DNA of 12,873 nucleotides, from the NCBI GenBank assembly GCA_041946735.1, contig JBHGAY010000054.1, positions 1 to 12,873 of the forward strand, read 5' to 3'. The stretch is from Candidatus Eiseniibacteriota bacterium (GTDB lineage: Bacteria; Eisenbacteria; RBG-16-71-46; CAIMUX01; VGJL01). The notes under the pieces are model-generated. The model did not search any database. It was not told the origin of the DNA and saw only the letters and a program-made list of their open reading frames with translations. The position numbers were made by a program, and so were the translations under genes. This document shows, piece by piece, positions 12,800-12,873 of this stretch (positions are counted from its first letter, which is position 1; every line of letters begins with the position of its first letter).

Positions 12800-12873
12800 T
12801 GGGTTCGTTGGGGGAGGACGCGCAGGCGTCCTCCGGCGACGGCTACGGCGACGGCTACGGCTACGGCTCCGGC
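12799..12873 (+). CDS. 3'-truncated Gly-X (GDGYG) repeat protein
   Basis: Not in ORF track. TGATG overlap; MGSLGEDAQASSGDGYGDGYGYGSG runs off the window. Confidence 0.75.
   Translation, partial: MGSLGEDAQASSGDGYGDGYGYGSG
12835..12873 (+). repeat. GGC(G/T)(A/C)C hexamer tandem array
   Basis: GGCGAC GGCTAC GGCGAC GGCTAC GGCTAC GGCTCC GGC, continuing to the window edge. Confidence 0.9.

Noticed and set aside
12835..12873. K+ channel filter (GYGD) or a repeat synthesised by reverse transcriptase
   Set aside because: No TM helices or preceding TV/TT, so GYGD arises from the Gly-X alternation. No reverse transcriptase gene is present in the window.

Overview
High-GC (roughly 70% by eye) temperate phage DNA in its non-integrated form: an intact attP (3' half of tRNA-Gln(CUG), 4330-4374, with paired GGCTAACAGCC arm repeats on both sides) has phage genes to left and right. 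Left to right: (i) the end of a rightward operon with a probable lysozyme-like gene, a protein with an amphipathic tail and an Acb2/Tad1-like anti-defence sponge candidate; (ii) a leftward accessory block of two unknown genes with their own promoter and leaders carrying repeated GAGG(U/C/A)-pentaloop hairpins; (iii) a membrane/lipoprotein fusion and a P4-type tyrosine integrase; (iv) attP; (v) a switch apparently built from two divergent ribbon-helix-helix proteins on back-to-back promoters; (vi) a rightward early operon with AlpA/Xis, small genes, a YqaJ nuclease with QxK in place of ExK, RecT, a degenerate Rad50/SbcC-like ATPase with no Mre11 beside it, a Zn-finger protein, a lipoprotein, a protein with two tandem ubiquitin-like domains, and a DUF6948-like gene coupled to a truncated Gly-X repeat ORF. 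Most long ORFs in the supplied track are GC-rich shadow frames. Several starts are corrected here and four ORFs absent from the track are added. Family assignments come from motifs recalled from memory; no searches were run.
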